Positions 1-14,594 of a stretch of DNA of 64,000 bases are shown in pieces. The stretch is taken from positions 38,006,001-38,070,000 of the forward strand of contig CM022665.1 of assembly GCA_012295275.1 (NCBI GenBank). Direction: 5' to 3'. Numbering within the stretch: position 1 is the first letter of the stretch; each line of letters starts with the position of its first letter. Below the pieces are notes generated by a model. That model was not told the origin of the DNA. It did not search any database and saw nothing but the letters and a program-made list of their open reading frames with translations. The position numbers and the translations under genes are program-made. The DNA is from Chrysomallon squamiferum (taxonomy: Eukaryota > Animalia > Mollusca).

Positions 1-28
1 CAGTTAAAATGCTTTCTGAACGCCAAAA

Positions 29-60
<32 letters not shown>

Positions 61-160
61 TCACACACTCACACACACACGTTAACTGTTGAATTAAATT
101 CTTATTTCTTTGATAATAATAATTGTAAAAAATAAAAATAATAATAATAAATAATAATAA

Positions 161-240
161 ATAAAAAAGTAATATAATCAATAAAAATATGCATTATAAA
201 TAAAAAAGTAATATAATCAGTAAAAAACCAGCATTATAAA
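161..240. repeat. Imperfect ~40 bp tandem duplication
   Basis: ataaaaaagtaatataatca...gcattataaa occurs twice back to back. Confidence 0.7.
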
Positions 241-251
241 TTTAATATTAA

Positions 252-282
<31 letters not shown>

Positions 283-1917
283 ATTATAATAAAACAAAAA
301 GCTTGAGACGGTTATTGTTTTAAACTGAAAATGTTCCATTACGAATTAAATCAAGAAATACATTATTTATCTGGTGCTTTTCTCCTCTGAACAAAACACT
401 ATTTATAAGTATTTAATTTAGTACAACACAAAAAACATCAATTATTTAAAACACAGATGTGCGTGCGGGTGTAATGCGAAAACCGGTACAACGAACCGGA
501 CTGGTGATTTTATTTTCTGGACGGAACCAGTAATTTGATCGATGAAAGAAACAACTTCATTTTGGCTAGTTTAGTGTGAACCGCGCCGTGTACTTCATCA
601 ACAAGATTAAAGGGCTGGTTTCTATAAATGACAGCTAATGAAAAACTTTCGAGAATCGTGTTATAAAAGTTGCTGATAGGAGTTTGAACTTCTTAGTTTT
701 GAATTATTTAAATAGTGGCAGCAATTTTTTCTTTTTCTTTATTTTTTCTTTATTTTTTTTTAAATAGGATTCGTTTTTTGATATTTAAAAGATCAAACAA
801 TGGGATGGTTTTAAATTTTTAAATAGCCGCCGTAGCTTGTTCAGTATCAATATGCAGGTCAGAGTGTATGAATTAGAATAAAAAAAATGGTTTTTGCTTT
901 CGTGAGTGAAATGATAAAAAAAATATATTAAAAAAAAGGTTTCTTTAATGTTGTTTTATCTCCTTTGAGTAATTTAATATTTGTTTTACTAGCGTAATTA
1001 AAATAACGAATAAGGAAAGAGTTAAAACATTTTTTTTTTTTTAAAAGGAAAAATTTTAAGACGAAAGTCAAAAAATAACTGGAGCTGTGCCATAATTATC
1101 TGTGTTTCCACAATCAACAGATGTAATAATAAAAAAAAATATAGTAAAATAAAAAAAAAAAAAAAAAATTATATAGCTGTTTTGCAATAAGAACTGAGGA
1201 TGCGAAAGAAGAAGAGAGGGGGAGTAAAGACTGAAAGAGCAATATGAAAAAAACACCAAAAAAAACAAGAAGAATGAAATCAAAGAAAGCATGACAAAAT
1301 GAATCTAAGAAGATCAAAGGGAGGCAATTACGCATCAAAAACAGCAGAATAAGCAGATTCTTAATTCTTGTAAATATTATTTGAAAGCTGAAATTTTCGA
1401 AAAGAAACTACCAGCCATTCTGCAGGTTACCCTTCTTACCCAGACGATTAAATTAACCACAAATTAAGATTTAGAGAGTGTTTAGCAACTTGTCTTAGTG
1501 TGGTCTTAAGAATTTGGGTGTTCACAATTTATTATTCTAGTAAATGGTTACTTACAGCTTCTAATATTCTTTAATTTATGCGATCTTGAATATAAAAAAA
1601 AAAAAAAAAAAAAAAAAAATGTCTAAAGAAATAAAAACAACCTACAAATAATAAAAACCAAAATAATGACAACTGCATCTTTAAGAGCGTCTTTCCTGTA
1701 CGTGAACCATATTGATGAAAGATTGATCAACAAGTCAACATCAAAAGGTTCTTAGAGACCGAAAGATCAATAGAATCATTGTAACAACACGATACGCAGC
1801 TTTACCTGTCTAATTATCAAACACTGAATTATGTGATGTTAGTCAGGAATTATTTAACCCACTGTTAATATGAATGTTTTTATTGCTGCTGCGGTATTGT
1901 TAATATTTAATAACAGC

Positions 1918-2440
1918 TGCTATTACTATTACAATTACTTTCACTATTACGACTATTATTATAATAATTACTATTACTGTTACAACTACTTTCACTATTA
2001 CGACTATTATTATAATAATTACTATTACTGTTACAACTACTTTCACTATTATGACTATTATTATAATAATTGCTATTACTATTACAATTACTTTCACTAT
2101 TACGACTATTATTATAATAATTACTATTACTATTACAATTACTTTCACTATTATGACTATTATTATAATAATTACTATTACTATTACAATTACTTTCACT
2201 ATTACGACTATTATTATAATAATTGCTATTACTATTACAATTACTTTCACTATTATGACTATTATTATAATAATTACTATTACTGTTACAACTACTTTCA
2301 CTATTATGACTATTATTATAATAATTGCTATTACTATTACAATTACTTTCACTATTACGACTATTATTATAATAATTACTATTACTGTTACAACTACTTT
2401 CACTATTATGACTATTATTATAATAATTACTATTACTGTT
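1918..2440. repeat. 51-bp minisatellite, about 10 copies
   Basis: Unit tattactattacaattactttcactattacgactattattataataattac. The ORF translations show a 17-residue period repeated 10 times, with only a few variant positions. Confidence 0.95.
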
Positions 2441-3360
2441 ACTACTACTACTACTAAAGTGAGAATCATCCTTCAACAAATAATAATAATAATACCAATA
2501 ATGCTGTTACTGCTGCTACTACTACTACTACTACTGTACAACTACTGTAATTATACTACTGCTATTACAAATAGTACCACACCTATTATTACCACGACTT
2601 TCATCTTAACTAATGGCAACCACATATTATTTAAGTTCTCAAAAAATACGGTTATAAAATAATTGTTGTAGTTTCAATTGCTACATCAGTGATTACAGTT
2701 GTAAATATTATTATTATTATTTATTTATTTTAGAATCAAACAAGTGAATATATACTGTTGTTGAGATACTTGTGATTGTTGTTATTGTTATTATTATTAT
2801 TATTATCACTATTATTATGGAGCAATCGAATTAGCAAATATTTCCCCTGCCCCGAAGCCATAGGTTCCAAATTGAATAATTTAAAAACCAGGTCTTCCGT
2901 CGTAAATTGATCCCTTGATCTCGAGCACCTGAGGCCAGCACTCAATCACAGATCTAAATCCTGCTCACAAAGCCATGGTGAGAGATAAACCATTCGACCG
3001 CACCAAAGTTGATTATCTGCTTCATAATTCTACACGATGAAGACATAATTCGCATTTGAGCGCTTGTCCACTACCGGACCACGTCGTCGGGGTCACGGCT
3101 GCGGGGTCCATCTCGATTATTTATTGATAACATCATCATGGAGCTCGAGTTGAAATTTGCTCCGCAATTACACGGCATTTGGACTGTTACTTGGTATTAT
3201 GCGGTTACACGGGGCATTTTCGGAGGCGTCGAAATTTTCGATAAGTTTTATTGATCGATTTTATGGTACTGTTGGCAGTTTTCGGTTTTATTTATGTGTA
3301 ATACGAGTACGCGCTCGTGTTTGTGCGAAGGGTTGTGTGTGCATGAGTCTGTGCGTGAAT

Positions 3361-3362
<2 letters not shown>

Positions 3363-3438
<76 letters not shown>
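3363..3438. repeat. (CT)n microsatellite
   Basis: Pure CT dinucleotide run. Confidence 0.95.
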
Positions 3439-3441
<3 letters not shown>

Positions 3442-3989
3442 GGTGCGCGTTTTTGTCTGTCTGACTGTCCGTCTTTACACAAGGATCCACTTCTGTCAAC
3501 ACAACCAATCTACAACGAGACAAATTTGACTGTTACTATTAACAACACGTTCGCTGCAGTCTGGTTTATACACGCGCTCTTTAAATACATACATTGGCCA
3601 GTCTTCAAGTAAATCAATGTTTGTGGCTGACGGTTTCAGCTTCTTTCTCTTCTTTTTTTATCTTCTTCTTCTACGTTTCTTTTTTCATATTCTTCTTGCT
3701 TTCTTCTTTGTTCGGTAAAATGTCCGCTGTCAGCGATAATACCGCTAGCAGTTAAACATCGACCTTCATTTGACTGCACACGTGCCGCGCATACATTAAT
3801 GAAGTTAACGGCGTTACATTGAATATTAATCTCGAATTAGATGCTAGGAAACATTTAGATCAACACAAGAAAAGTGGAGCGTTAGAAAAAAAATAAAAAA
3901 TAAATAGAATATTTAAAATAAAATAACATGAAATAAAATTAAATATTTTTTTCAAAGTAGTCTTAATTTTTTTTTTTTTTTTAAATTAA

Positions 3990-4029
<40 letters not shown>

Positions 4030-4254
4030 TTTGAGAATCAGTGACGGATGCTAGATCGATCATAAATTATTCCTATTCAAAAATGGAACTTTGTTTGGTT
4101 TAACTAGAACAATTTTATTTATTTATTTTATTTTGCTTTATTTTATTTCATTTCATTTTATTTTATTTATTTATTTTTATTTTTATTTTTATTTTTTTCT
4201 GACATCGAATATTGGCCATATCTGACATAAATGAAGTTTTCTGGAGACTCCAGT

Positions 4255-4345
4255 TACACTTTTTCACTAGCGTTAAAGAAAATATTCGATCTGCACCTTC
4301 CCATACATAGGATAAAATGTTCTTACCTTACACGTGTTTTACACT
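4255..4345 (-). mobile_element. Degenerate SINE-like fragment
   Basis: tagcgttaaagaaaatattcgatctgcaccttcccatacataggataaaa resembles the reverse complement of the body motif seen in the copies near 43650 and 62470. Confidence 0.4.
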
Positions 4346-4693
4346 AACTGAAACTGAAAGAACCACTGAGAGGATGACTAACGAAATGAACTTGGATGAA
4401 GCATACATTTTACTTATAGACTGTAATTTATTATGGTGTTGTATAAAATCATAAATAATTAAATATCACTTTGATACATTATAGAAATTTGGTTATTACA
4501 AAACGTTTGTATCGCTGACGAACTTGTGATAATAACATTCACACAAACAGAATACAACAATAAAATAACATGTCCAGTTACAGCCTAAAATATATTATTT
4601 TGTTCTCTAAATGAACTAAACGAACTTTAAGGAATTTTCCGCGAAAATGACTCTCCAAAATCTATTTTTTTGGACCTCACATTTTGAAAATGA

Positions 4694-4727
<34 letters not shown>

Positions 4728-4881
4728 CTAAATGAATTAAACGAACTTTAAAAAAATGAAATTTCTATAAAAATAAGTGCGCGAAAATCATAAATAAATC
4801 TGTGTACAGTCAGTTCGAAGTTACATAACAATCTAATTTATCATGATGTTGGGGTTTTTCACTTGTAAATATCTGTTGCTA

Positions 4882-4983
<102 letters not shown>

Positions 4984-7056
4984 AAGAAATAAAAATAATG
5001 ATTATGATGATGATGGTAATGATAATAAATTTTTATATATCAAATTTATTTATTTATTTATTTATTTATTTTCTTTCGGTTGATTACAGCGGTGACTGTT
5101 ATTATGACATTTATTGTTACCTGTTACATACGTGTATTATTATTGTAATTGTTTTTATTTTATTTTATTTTATTATTTTATTTATTTTGTTAGCTGTTAG
5201 CTGTTAGGTGTTGTATCTCTGTTGTTACAGATACCTAGATATTGTTTGGCTTTCAATTTTATATATATGTAAAAAAAAAAAAAAATGACAACTGTGGTTG
5301 TAACCAGTTCCTATAATCAGATATTCGAAGACCGGCGTGAAATGTTTTCAAAACACAAACCAAACCGTAACAACACTGCCATTTTCTAATACTCTTGTCG
5401 AATTATTTGCTCACAGCAAAATTCTATCATAACAATCGTTGTAGAATGTGACATAGCAGGTTTGGAACACGCAAACGATTTGAATACGATTCGAGCAAAT
5501 TTGCTGTTCGTGTCAGATAGCAGAAAATTCTAGGTCTACGATTTGGAAACAATTTCAGACAAATTCAGACACGATCCGGGGCTTCAAGGTGTTTGCTGTC
5601 GTTCTCTTTCCGGACTGTAATCGTGTGTGCGTGGTTAGATAAAATCACCATCTGGTGTGTCTGTGTTTGTTTGCATGTGCGTGCGTGCATGTATGAATAA
5701 GTATGCATAAAAGAAATAAAAAGGTGTTAAACATACAAACACACACTACTATCAGTAAAACTGTAGAAGTGTTGGAAGCGACATCAGTAGTTGTAGAAGT
5801 AGTACCGTTACCATTACAAATAACAGTGACAATAGTAATGGTAGTTGTAGCAGTTGTAGAATTAGTAGCTGATGATCCTGTTTTAACAGTGGTATTAGGA
5901 CAGCAATAATATTAGCGTACTTTATAGTAGAAATAGAAGAGCAGAAGTAGTAGCAGCAGCATCAGTAACAGTCGCAGCTACAGTTCTGGTAGTGGTAGCA
6001 GTAGCAGTAGTAGTAGCAATTGTAATAGCAATAGTAGAACCCCTTAGTTTAAAGCAGCAATGGTAGAACCAGATGCAGCAAACGGTAGCAGCGGTAATTA
6101 TTATAATAATAAAAATATCAGACATAATAAAAAGCAGTGGTTTCTGCAGATTTGATGTATCAGCGTATTTCACTGTTTACAATCGTTTCGTTTATCAGAA
6201 ATAATCACGACCGGTCCCGGCAGTTAAAACTGGCAGTAAAAACTGAACACGAGCTACGAAATGAACTTCCCATGAGATGCTTATATTGTCTACCGAAATG
6301 TTTGTCCATCTTTGCCCGTATAATATTGTCATGGCGTAAACTCATCAAAACGGCGCCAACCGCTACGAGATCCATCTTATTTGCAGCAATGAACAGCTCT
6401 CGACTGACCAATTTGATCGGCAAATCGCCGAAATTCTTACCCTGACCGCGGTACTTAATTTGATGAAATGTTTCGATAACCAATTCATTTCCACTAACTA
6501 CTTTTGTAAGTGTATTACAAGCAGGCATTGGCAACGTACACATACACCCATATATATAAGCATAATGGTTGTATTTATGTATTTTGATTTAATTTTTGTT
6601 GTCTTTGATTAAAGGTTTTCGAAATCACAAAAAGCTATAAAGAATTTTTTTTTCTTCTTTATAAGTAAGAAATATAAACATTAAATTGATGTATTTTGGA
6701 TATGGCGAAGAAATGCTATATAGGATATTAACAATGTCGGTATAATAATATATCAATATAGGATTAGACGCATTTCCTGCAAAATGTGAATAAATGTTCA
6801 AAATATATCCGAGGTTTGTTTTGTTCTTTCTTCTCTGAATATTTCTACTTGTTTGATAGTACACACATAAATAGAAAACAGTTTCCCTATCCCTTTCCAT
6901 CAAAGACATGGTAAATGAATACAGATATACTGAAAACTTTATGGGAGTTAATTTTGTATAATCTTTGGAAAATGTATTGAGGAATATATATATACATTCT
7001 TTTTTGCTTCTTGTTTTTCTCGATTTTCATCATTTATTTATTAATTAATTATTATT

Positions 7057-7084
7057 TAGTAGTAGTAGTAGTAGTAGTAGTAAC

Positions 7085-7118
<34 letters not shown>

Positions 7119-7120
7119 AC

Positions 7121-7160
<40 letters not shown>

Positions 7161-7196
7161 ACAGTAGTAGTAGTAGTAGTAGTAGTAGAAGTAGTA
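7057..7196. repeat. (GTA)n microsatellite with periodic ACA interruptions
   Basis: Direct reading. Produces the poly-V, poly-L and poly-Y ORFs in the track. Confidence 0.9.
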
Positions 7197-7928
7197 TTTT
7201 AGTTTCTGTTTTTTTAATATACTGCTGTGACAACTGCTTCCTACTTCCACTACTAATATGTTAATAATACTATTCCTATACTACTACTGCTGTCACTACT
7301 ACTACTACTGTTACTGCTGTTGCTATTACACTACTAGCTTATGTATTTAATTACTGCTATTTCCACTACAATTCTACTAATTCTACTACTATGACTATTT
7401 TTGCTGCTGCTAACAACTACAAATGCAACAATCATAACAACATCGACAACTATAACAGTAACAGTAACAATAACAATGATGATGATAATAATGATGATGA
7501 TGATGATGATAATGATGCTAATAATAATAAAACCTCAGTCTCTTCTAACAGTTTTTCATTTCAAATTCTACAGCGTTATCTTGACGTTTAATACAGCTCA
7601 TAACACACAGGACGGAACTCTGACGGAATAATAACATATTCTTAGTATTCTCTTTCGTTCACGGTTAAATGCTGATGCGCCTTACTATACCCTCGCCTAT
7701 AAAGACAAAGAATATGAGAACACAATCAGGAGGCGATCGCGCGGAAAGATCACCATTCCAGCAGTTCTAAATCTTAATCAGGCGAAAACAAATTCCTATT
7801 TACTTTAGCAATAACTCATTTTGTCAAAACACCTTACCTATGTGACAACTAAATCTACTGCTTAGGAACGTGTACACCAATTTTTACGTTTTACGTTTTC
7901 TTTATCTTATAATAAATATCGTACAGAT

Positions 7929-8090
<162 letters not shown>

Positions 8091-8350
8091 TCTGATGTAA
8101 TTGTTATGCGTATTTAAATAAAAAAAATTAACAGTTAATAAATAAAAGCATCTGAGGTTTAATACACCATGCAAATATGGCTTATATTATGAACATAAAA
8201 ATGTTATTAGCTTTTTCAATTATTCACTCTATACACTAATTCTGTTTTATGTCATATTTAATGTACACATTTTTTTATGTCATATTATGTAAAAAGTTTG
8301 CTGCGATTTAGTTTTAGGGTGAAATCACAGTTATACTTTTATTATTATTA

Positions 8351-8354
<4 letters not shown>

Positions 8355-8433
<79 letters not shown>
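8355..8433. repeat. (CT)n microsatellite
   Basis: Direct reading. Confidence 0.95.
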
Positions 8434-8438
<5 letters not shown>

Positions 8439-10164
8439 TTTCTGTCTACCTATCTTTCTTTCGTTCTGTGTACCTATTTGCTTTTCTATCTCTTTCTTTC
8501 TCCGTTCTATGCTTAAGTAGTAACAGCAGTAGAACGTCTAAAAAAAACATATGAAATTTGTTTAAATTAGTACGCTTTGAATTTTATTTCACTTTAGAAA
8601 AAAAAAAAAAAAAAAATGAATTGTAAAGTATACTATAACAGTCTTACAAAAAAAAATAAAAAATAAAAATGATATTATATTAGTCAAACAAAATAAACCT
8701 TGACTATAAACCGTCTAATATTTTACTATCAGTTTTACCTTATCGATATCTAATACCAATAAAACTTCATCCACCGTCATAATTTATCTCTTGTATAATA
8801 ACCGAAGTATTTGCCAGAATCCTGACTCATCATAGTCCGGCCGCTCCTTCTTGAGATATTGTTATTAGCGCCTCTTTATTGCAAGCCATTTGATAAGCGA
8901 GCTGCTGAGATTGGATTCGGAAGTAATTGCTATAATGGCGATACTTGCCTGCTAATCACTTAATTTGTTTTATTTCGGCAAGATCAGTGTTTCGGTACAA
9001 AATTATCAGTATACTGTTTGGTACAGTAGCACCGTTTTCCTTTTGTTATTGTAATAATGTCCAAAGAGTGGTAGTAGCCTAACCCAGTTCAAACGCCAAC
9101 TTCTTTGCTACAGTATAGAAAATATATAGCGAGAGGCAGTGATTAAAATTTGCTGATATAATACAGGATATATCTTTGTGTAATGATAAATAAGAGACAC
9201 AAAAAGTAACACAAAAATAAGAGATCTAGCTTCCTTACATCAGTACCAGTAAGTCAAGAAAAGTAAGCGAATTTAATCAAAGTTGCATGCTTTATTTGAT
9301 CGAAACATTTAATAATTATATCAAAACCTTCTCCGATTTCAGTTACAGCAGATTAATTAATGACGGACACCATATCACTATGGTGTACCCTGGATAATAT
9401 TGTTACAGACAAAATTGATCATTTCTTATATTTGCAAGTTAAACTTTTACTTTCCTTATAAAAGGTTCATGAGATTGTCGTATTTCCGACGTTAACCCAT
9501 TGTCATTTTGTGAACAGGAGTATAGCAAAATCTCTGTACACGAGTGTGTAGTAACTTGTATTTGATTTACACGGCCTACGGTTTGATTTATGAAATTACG
9601 TCATAATAACAGTTAAAATAGCCTTCATGCATTAAAGCAAACTTTTATAGTTGTACTTTATTATTAGCAAACACTGATCGCCATCTAAATAATAATAATA
9701 ACAACAACAATAACAATACTAGCAGTAATAGTAACAACAACAACAGTAATTAATAAATAAGTAAATAAATAAATAAATACAACTTGGAAATAATACCAAC
9801 AAAGATGTTTATTAAAAATTCCCTTCTTTTCTTCAACTGTTCTTTATTATATATATATTTTTCGTACTTATTATTTTCTTCTAATAAAATAAAAGACGAT
9901 TCTATGCATGACATTTGTTCTATATTTGTTAACTCTCTTTTAATTCTGTTTCGTTTTTGAGCTGTGGTTTCTTCGTGTTTTGTTTTAAAATCAATAAGAA
10001 GTTGCTTTCTTTGAGTTTTTAAAAAAGATCGGTAATGATAAATTCCCTTGGTAACATTCCTTTCTTGCTGCAAACAACTCAGAAATAATCCGCATCAGTA
10101 ATGAAATCATTAAAACTGTATATCCTGCACACTGTCTGTTAAATACATTTATTTTAGATTTCCT

Positions 10165-10168
<4 letters not shown>

Positions 10169-10248
<80 letters not shown>
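10169..10248. repeat. (CT)n microsatellite
   Basis: Direct reading. Confidence 0.95.
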
Positions 10249-10254
<6 letters not shown>

Positions 10255-10455
10255 TCTCTTTCTGTTTCTTTGTGTCAGTTTATGTGTGAATCATAAAAAT
10301 AGATATTTAATCATTATAATTTCAATATTTTAATTTTACAACCGATTATTATTATTATTAAAAAAGACAATAAAAAAGAAAGAAGCAGAAATTAACTCAG
10401 TCATATTTTGGGTTACTGTCAATCCTGGTAAATAATAATAATAAAAATAATAATA

Positions 10456-10456
<1 letters not shown>

Positions 10457-10530
<74 letters not shown>
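10457..10530. repeat. (GATA)n tetranucleotide microsatellite
   Basis: Direct reading. Confidence 0.95.
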
Positions 10531-10531
<1 letters not shown>

Positions 10532-11734
10532 ATAAACGACCCTAAAACAAGAAAAGTACTTAAAGAACTGTTAGATGATAATGAAAAAATAAATGAATAA
10601 ATAAATAAAAATAAAAAAGTGAAACATTTTATAAAAAAATTCTTCTATTTTTTGTAAGACAGAGAATGAAGTTATATCGTGTAACAACGTCTTCGTTAAC
10701 GATGTTGTGAATAACACATACGCGAGGTTAGTTCAGACATGGCTTCTAAGACAACTTCTTAATAATTGAGTGTTTAATTACCCTAGACTTGTACTTATTA
10801 TCTTTGAACAAACCTCACGGGAGCTCCAAATGTACGCCTAGCGTCTTGAAGACTTAATTCGGAATGAAAAATTTGCATGGAAAAATCTGCATGGGGAACC
10901 GATTCGCTATTAAAAGTATATCGAGATAAAACTAAGGATGCGACAAGCTGCAAAGATTAGAAAAGAGCAAAATTACTTTTATCATCAAATGTAAATACGG
11001 TCCATTCATCTCAGCCGTGTTGACTATCAAGCAGTTAAATGTCCTGACAGAAAATATCGGATGCTTAATGAAGTCGTATTACTTTCACAATGAATAAAAT
11101 ATCAGCTCGGGTTGCGACGAATTCTTGTGTTTCTGAATCAAGGCTCTGGAAACAAAATCATCCAGAGCCGAATTAATACGTTCAGAGACGCTAAGTGTTG
11201 AAAAGATTGTTCTGGCCACCCATTCGTAGTGTAAGTCTTAATATAAATAATACCAGACTGTGAATAACAAATTAATTTTATTTTAAAACGTTATTTAAGT
11301 ATGATGACACTTTAGACAAAACGACCTGGATCGAATTAGCATCTTCGGAGACCTTAGCTTTATTTACAGTGACCCCGATTCCCTCTTGTATCTGTAAATT
11401 TAAACAATGCCAATAAATGTTTAGAAATGAAATTTTAAAATTCACCTCTCAAATTAACAACGACGATAACAACAACAATATTTAATTCAGAGACTTAAAA
11501 CTGGTAGTCTAACCTTTTTCGTACTATTCACAATAGATTGTATTGCTTCACACTTGGGGGGTGGGGTAAAAAAAGGGCAGTATTTTAAGAAGGCTGCTCT
11601 AACGGACAGTAAATGTTTATTCCAAATGTTCATGCTATGATTAATAATTAATAATACAGTAAAACACAAAATTAAAATGGTATTGCACTAAATATAAAAT
11701 GGAATAAAAAGAAGAGTATATTAGGCATCAAAAT

Positions 11735-11900
11735 AAAGACCAATAAGAAAAACTCCAGTTTTCTGAGAGTCAGTCGAAACTGTTTGCCAAAGCAGCGCGT
11801 GCGCGCGTGTCAGACAATCGATAACTTTACTCGCTGTTTTCTCATCATTGAACTGAAAAGAATAACGATTCGCTCCGATTGATTGGCACTCCGGCAACCT
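11735..11900 (+). promoter_or_regulatory. Putative neurexin promoter (CpG-rich)
   Basis: Clustered motifs: CCAAT at ~11740, Inr-like TCAGTC 11770-11775, NRF1-type GCGCGTGCGC 11795-11804 (reverse complement GCGCACGCGC), DRE-like AATCGATA ~11816 and reverse CCAAT (ATTGG) ~11882. The cluster lies just upstream of a strong donor and of the point where CpG becomes scarce. Confidence 0.55.
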
Positions 11901-12090
11901 CGTACTGCCCGGATGTGGCATTATCAGAGGCTGATCTAGGAGCGTTCTGTTGTCTTATCCTCGCTTTCGAGGTGTGGTGGATGTCGTGGGTGATGGGGAG
12001 GACACGTTAAGACGACAAGAAAATATTATATGCCCATACGGATACATAGATATATATGTTAGACGAGGTTTATCATGCGGTACTGTTTAG
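11900..12090 (+). other. Nrx-1: Putative non-coding first exon (5' UTR) of neurexin; start approximate
   Basis: GC/CpG-rich segment ending in TAG|GTAAGT, a perfect 5' splice site at 12091-12096. CpG depletion begins ~300 nt downstream. The link to the coding exon is inferred. Confidence 0.55.
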
Positions 12091-14554
12091 GTAAGTAAAA
12101 TAATCGTGCATTATAATGAAATGCCAAATGATAAAAGCAGGATCGAACATAGGTATCGAATGGGAAAGCGTTTTCGGCGCGGAATTCTTTTGGTACGTCT
12201 GCTTGTCAGCGCGCCGTTAGGATTTTGAGTTACGGTAATCCAGTCCTGCTTATCGTTTACCGTTATAAACTGACATTTGTGACAAGTGCATGCGTAATGA
12301 TGTCAACAATGTAGTATGTAGTAGTAGTAATCCTCGAGCCGCATTCAAAGAACGCGCATGTTATGTCCGTTCATAACGGCTCAGTTCTGTCGATTATACA
12401 TACCGTCATGGCAGATGTATGTGTTCATGTACGTATATTACAGTGTTTTAAGATTTTTTTTATTATTATATATTTAATTGCTGTTAAATAAGGTAATTTC
12501 TTTTGTAAGATAAATGGAGATTTTGTTTGGAATTCCTTGCCAATAAATGTAAGTTAACAAAATTAAATTATTTTTCCTATAACAATAACTCATTGCATCA
12601 TATACATACATACATATATATTTTATACTGACTAAAGATTTTCTATATCTATCACACACACAAGAACTTCTTGAGTCAGTATAAAATATATTTTGGAAAC
12701 ATTTTTTATAATAATAATAATAATAATAATAGTAGCATAGATTAAAAAAATTCCACAACTTCAGTATCTTCATAAAAATAAAGTAAAATATTTTAACACA
12801 AACTCTGGTCAAAACATTTCATGTTTATAACCCACTAAATACTGGAGGAACTTTTTCTGTCTGCCACACCAGATCCTGTTTGTTCATGATTGATATTCTC
12901 TGTCCTAATACCACCTCGATCGCAGCACAAATTAATATTACCCGAATGACACAATAATTGGCTTTTGATGATTTATGCATCTGGATTGGTGGAGGACAAA
13001 CCTAATACGTTAGAAGCTGGTTGTGTTTTGCAGTGCTCTATCATCCTGTCACCTCTTAAAGATGCATGGCAAATCTTTTATTGGTGACATTCCAAGACTC
13101 TTCTATATTTTGTTTTTGACATTGTTCATTATTGTTTCATGTTGAAATCTATTTTAAAACAATTATAAATTGACACATACTGAGACAGGATATTAATTAG
13201 AACCTTTGTCAAAACCTTATAGTAATAAATGTAATTTTAATACTAAGAACTGTCTTTACATGTCAATGTATTTTGTAATTTGTGATTTTCAGATCTAATA
13301 TGTTTTTAAAATCATTCTTTTGTCAGCTTTGGAGTTATTTGATGGATGCTTTTAGTTTGATTTGAGTAAAATATTGTGATGTGTTATAGAAATATTAATT
13401 GTTGATTTTATTAATTCATTTAATATCATACTGATAAATATTTTTCATTATTGTAAAACTATTCCCGTAGGTAATTTTTATGTATTCTTTAAGCATATTC
13501 AACAATTATTCAAAACCCTTTGTACATGATTTTAAAACAGTGTTATGTGTGTTTTATGCTTTCACTGGTATAACTCAATTACTTCAAAAACAATTTTCTA
13601 CAATTGTTGCTCCTCCCATGCTTGTAATCTGGAATACCTTGTTATTCAGTCACAATGACATTAACTCCATTTATATTCAATATAAAAAAACTGAAATGGC
13701 ATGCTGTGTTATTTTCAAATACTGTTTTACAGAGGAAACCTTTTAATATTTATTTTTTGTTGTTGTTGTTGTTGTTGTTAGTGTTATTGCAGAATCTTGC
13801 TGCATGCTAAACCTTTTTTGTTTCTTCTGTCTCTCTATCTTTTTTTTCACATATTGTTTTAATGTAGCTTTGGCTATAAATTAGCTATACACAAACAGTA
13901 CAACCATCAATAATAGACTTTGCCATGCATGCATTCTCTTGTGATTATAAATTGCTGTTATACAGGAATTTTGAAACCTGGCTTGTGGTTGTAAATAATA
14001 CCTTAATGATCACCTTTGCGTTGTGTTTTTTGCCTTTATGCTCTACTGATCATTCTGACAGTGTTGTATTTTTTCAAAAGACATTTGTAACATGGATGCT
14101 GTATTGCAAATATCCCCAGTGTTATTGTTCATAGCTCTGGTACACTTGTAATGATTGGTTTGTTTCAAATTGGCATAGCATGATGGAGTGTTTAACTCTT
14201 TAATTATATAGGTTATGTCATATCTCTTCCATCTATGTAAGCATAATAACCTCTTTGTTCTCATTATAATGGGAGAGAATTAATATTTTATAAAGATGAC
14301 ATATAATACCATGCTAACACAGTTCTGTGAAAATAAACATCATAAATAAATAATTCTTTATACAAATACACACACAGACAGACAGATAGATAAAGGTATA
14401 TGAAATAATTTGAAATATGAGTTAACCCTGTATCTGTATCTTGGTAATCTTTCAATCATTTAAACATTGTCACGTCAGGTAATAATTATATTTATAACCG
14501 TTTTAGTTCTCTCAAACTGATACCACCAAATTAGTTAGAACAAAAACCCCTTTC

Positions 14555-14594
<40 letters not shown>

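Noticed and set aside
1870-2662. Four ~190-200 aa overlapping ORFs; CRISPR-like periodicity
   Set aside because: They are translations of a head-to-tail minisatellite. There are no unique spacers and no cas genes, and the context is eukaryotic.
3157-3612. 151 aa ORF and antisense (ER)n ORFs
   Set aside because: Length comes from the (CT)n run; no recognisable domain or exon structure.
6137-6543. Overlapping 102 aa (+) and 112 aa (-) ORFs
   Set aside because: No recognisable family and no convincing splice signals; explained by locally higher GC.
7011-7631. Poly-V, poly-L, poly-Y and poly-D/N ORFs
   Set aside because: Triplet microsatellite artefacts.
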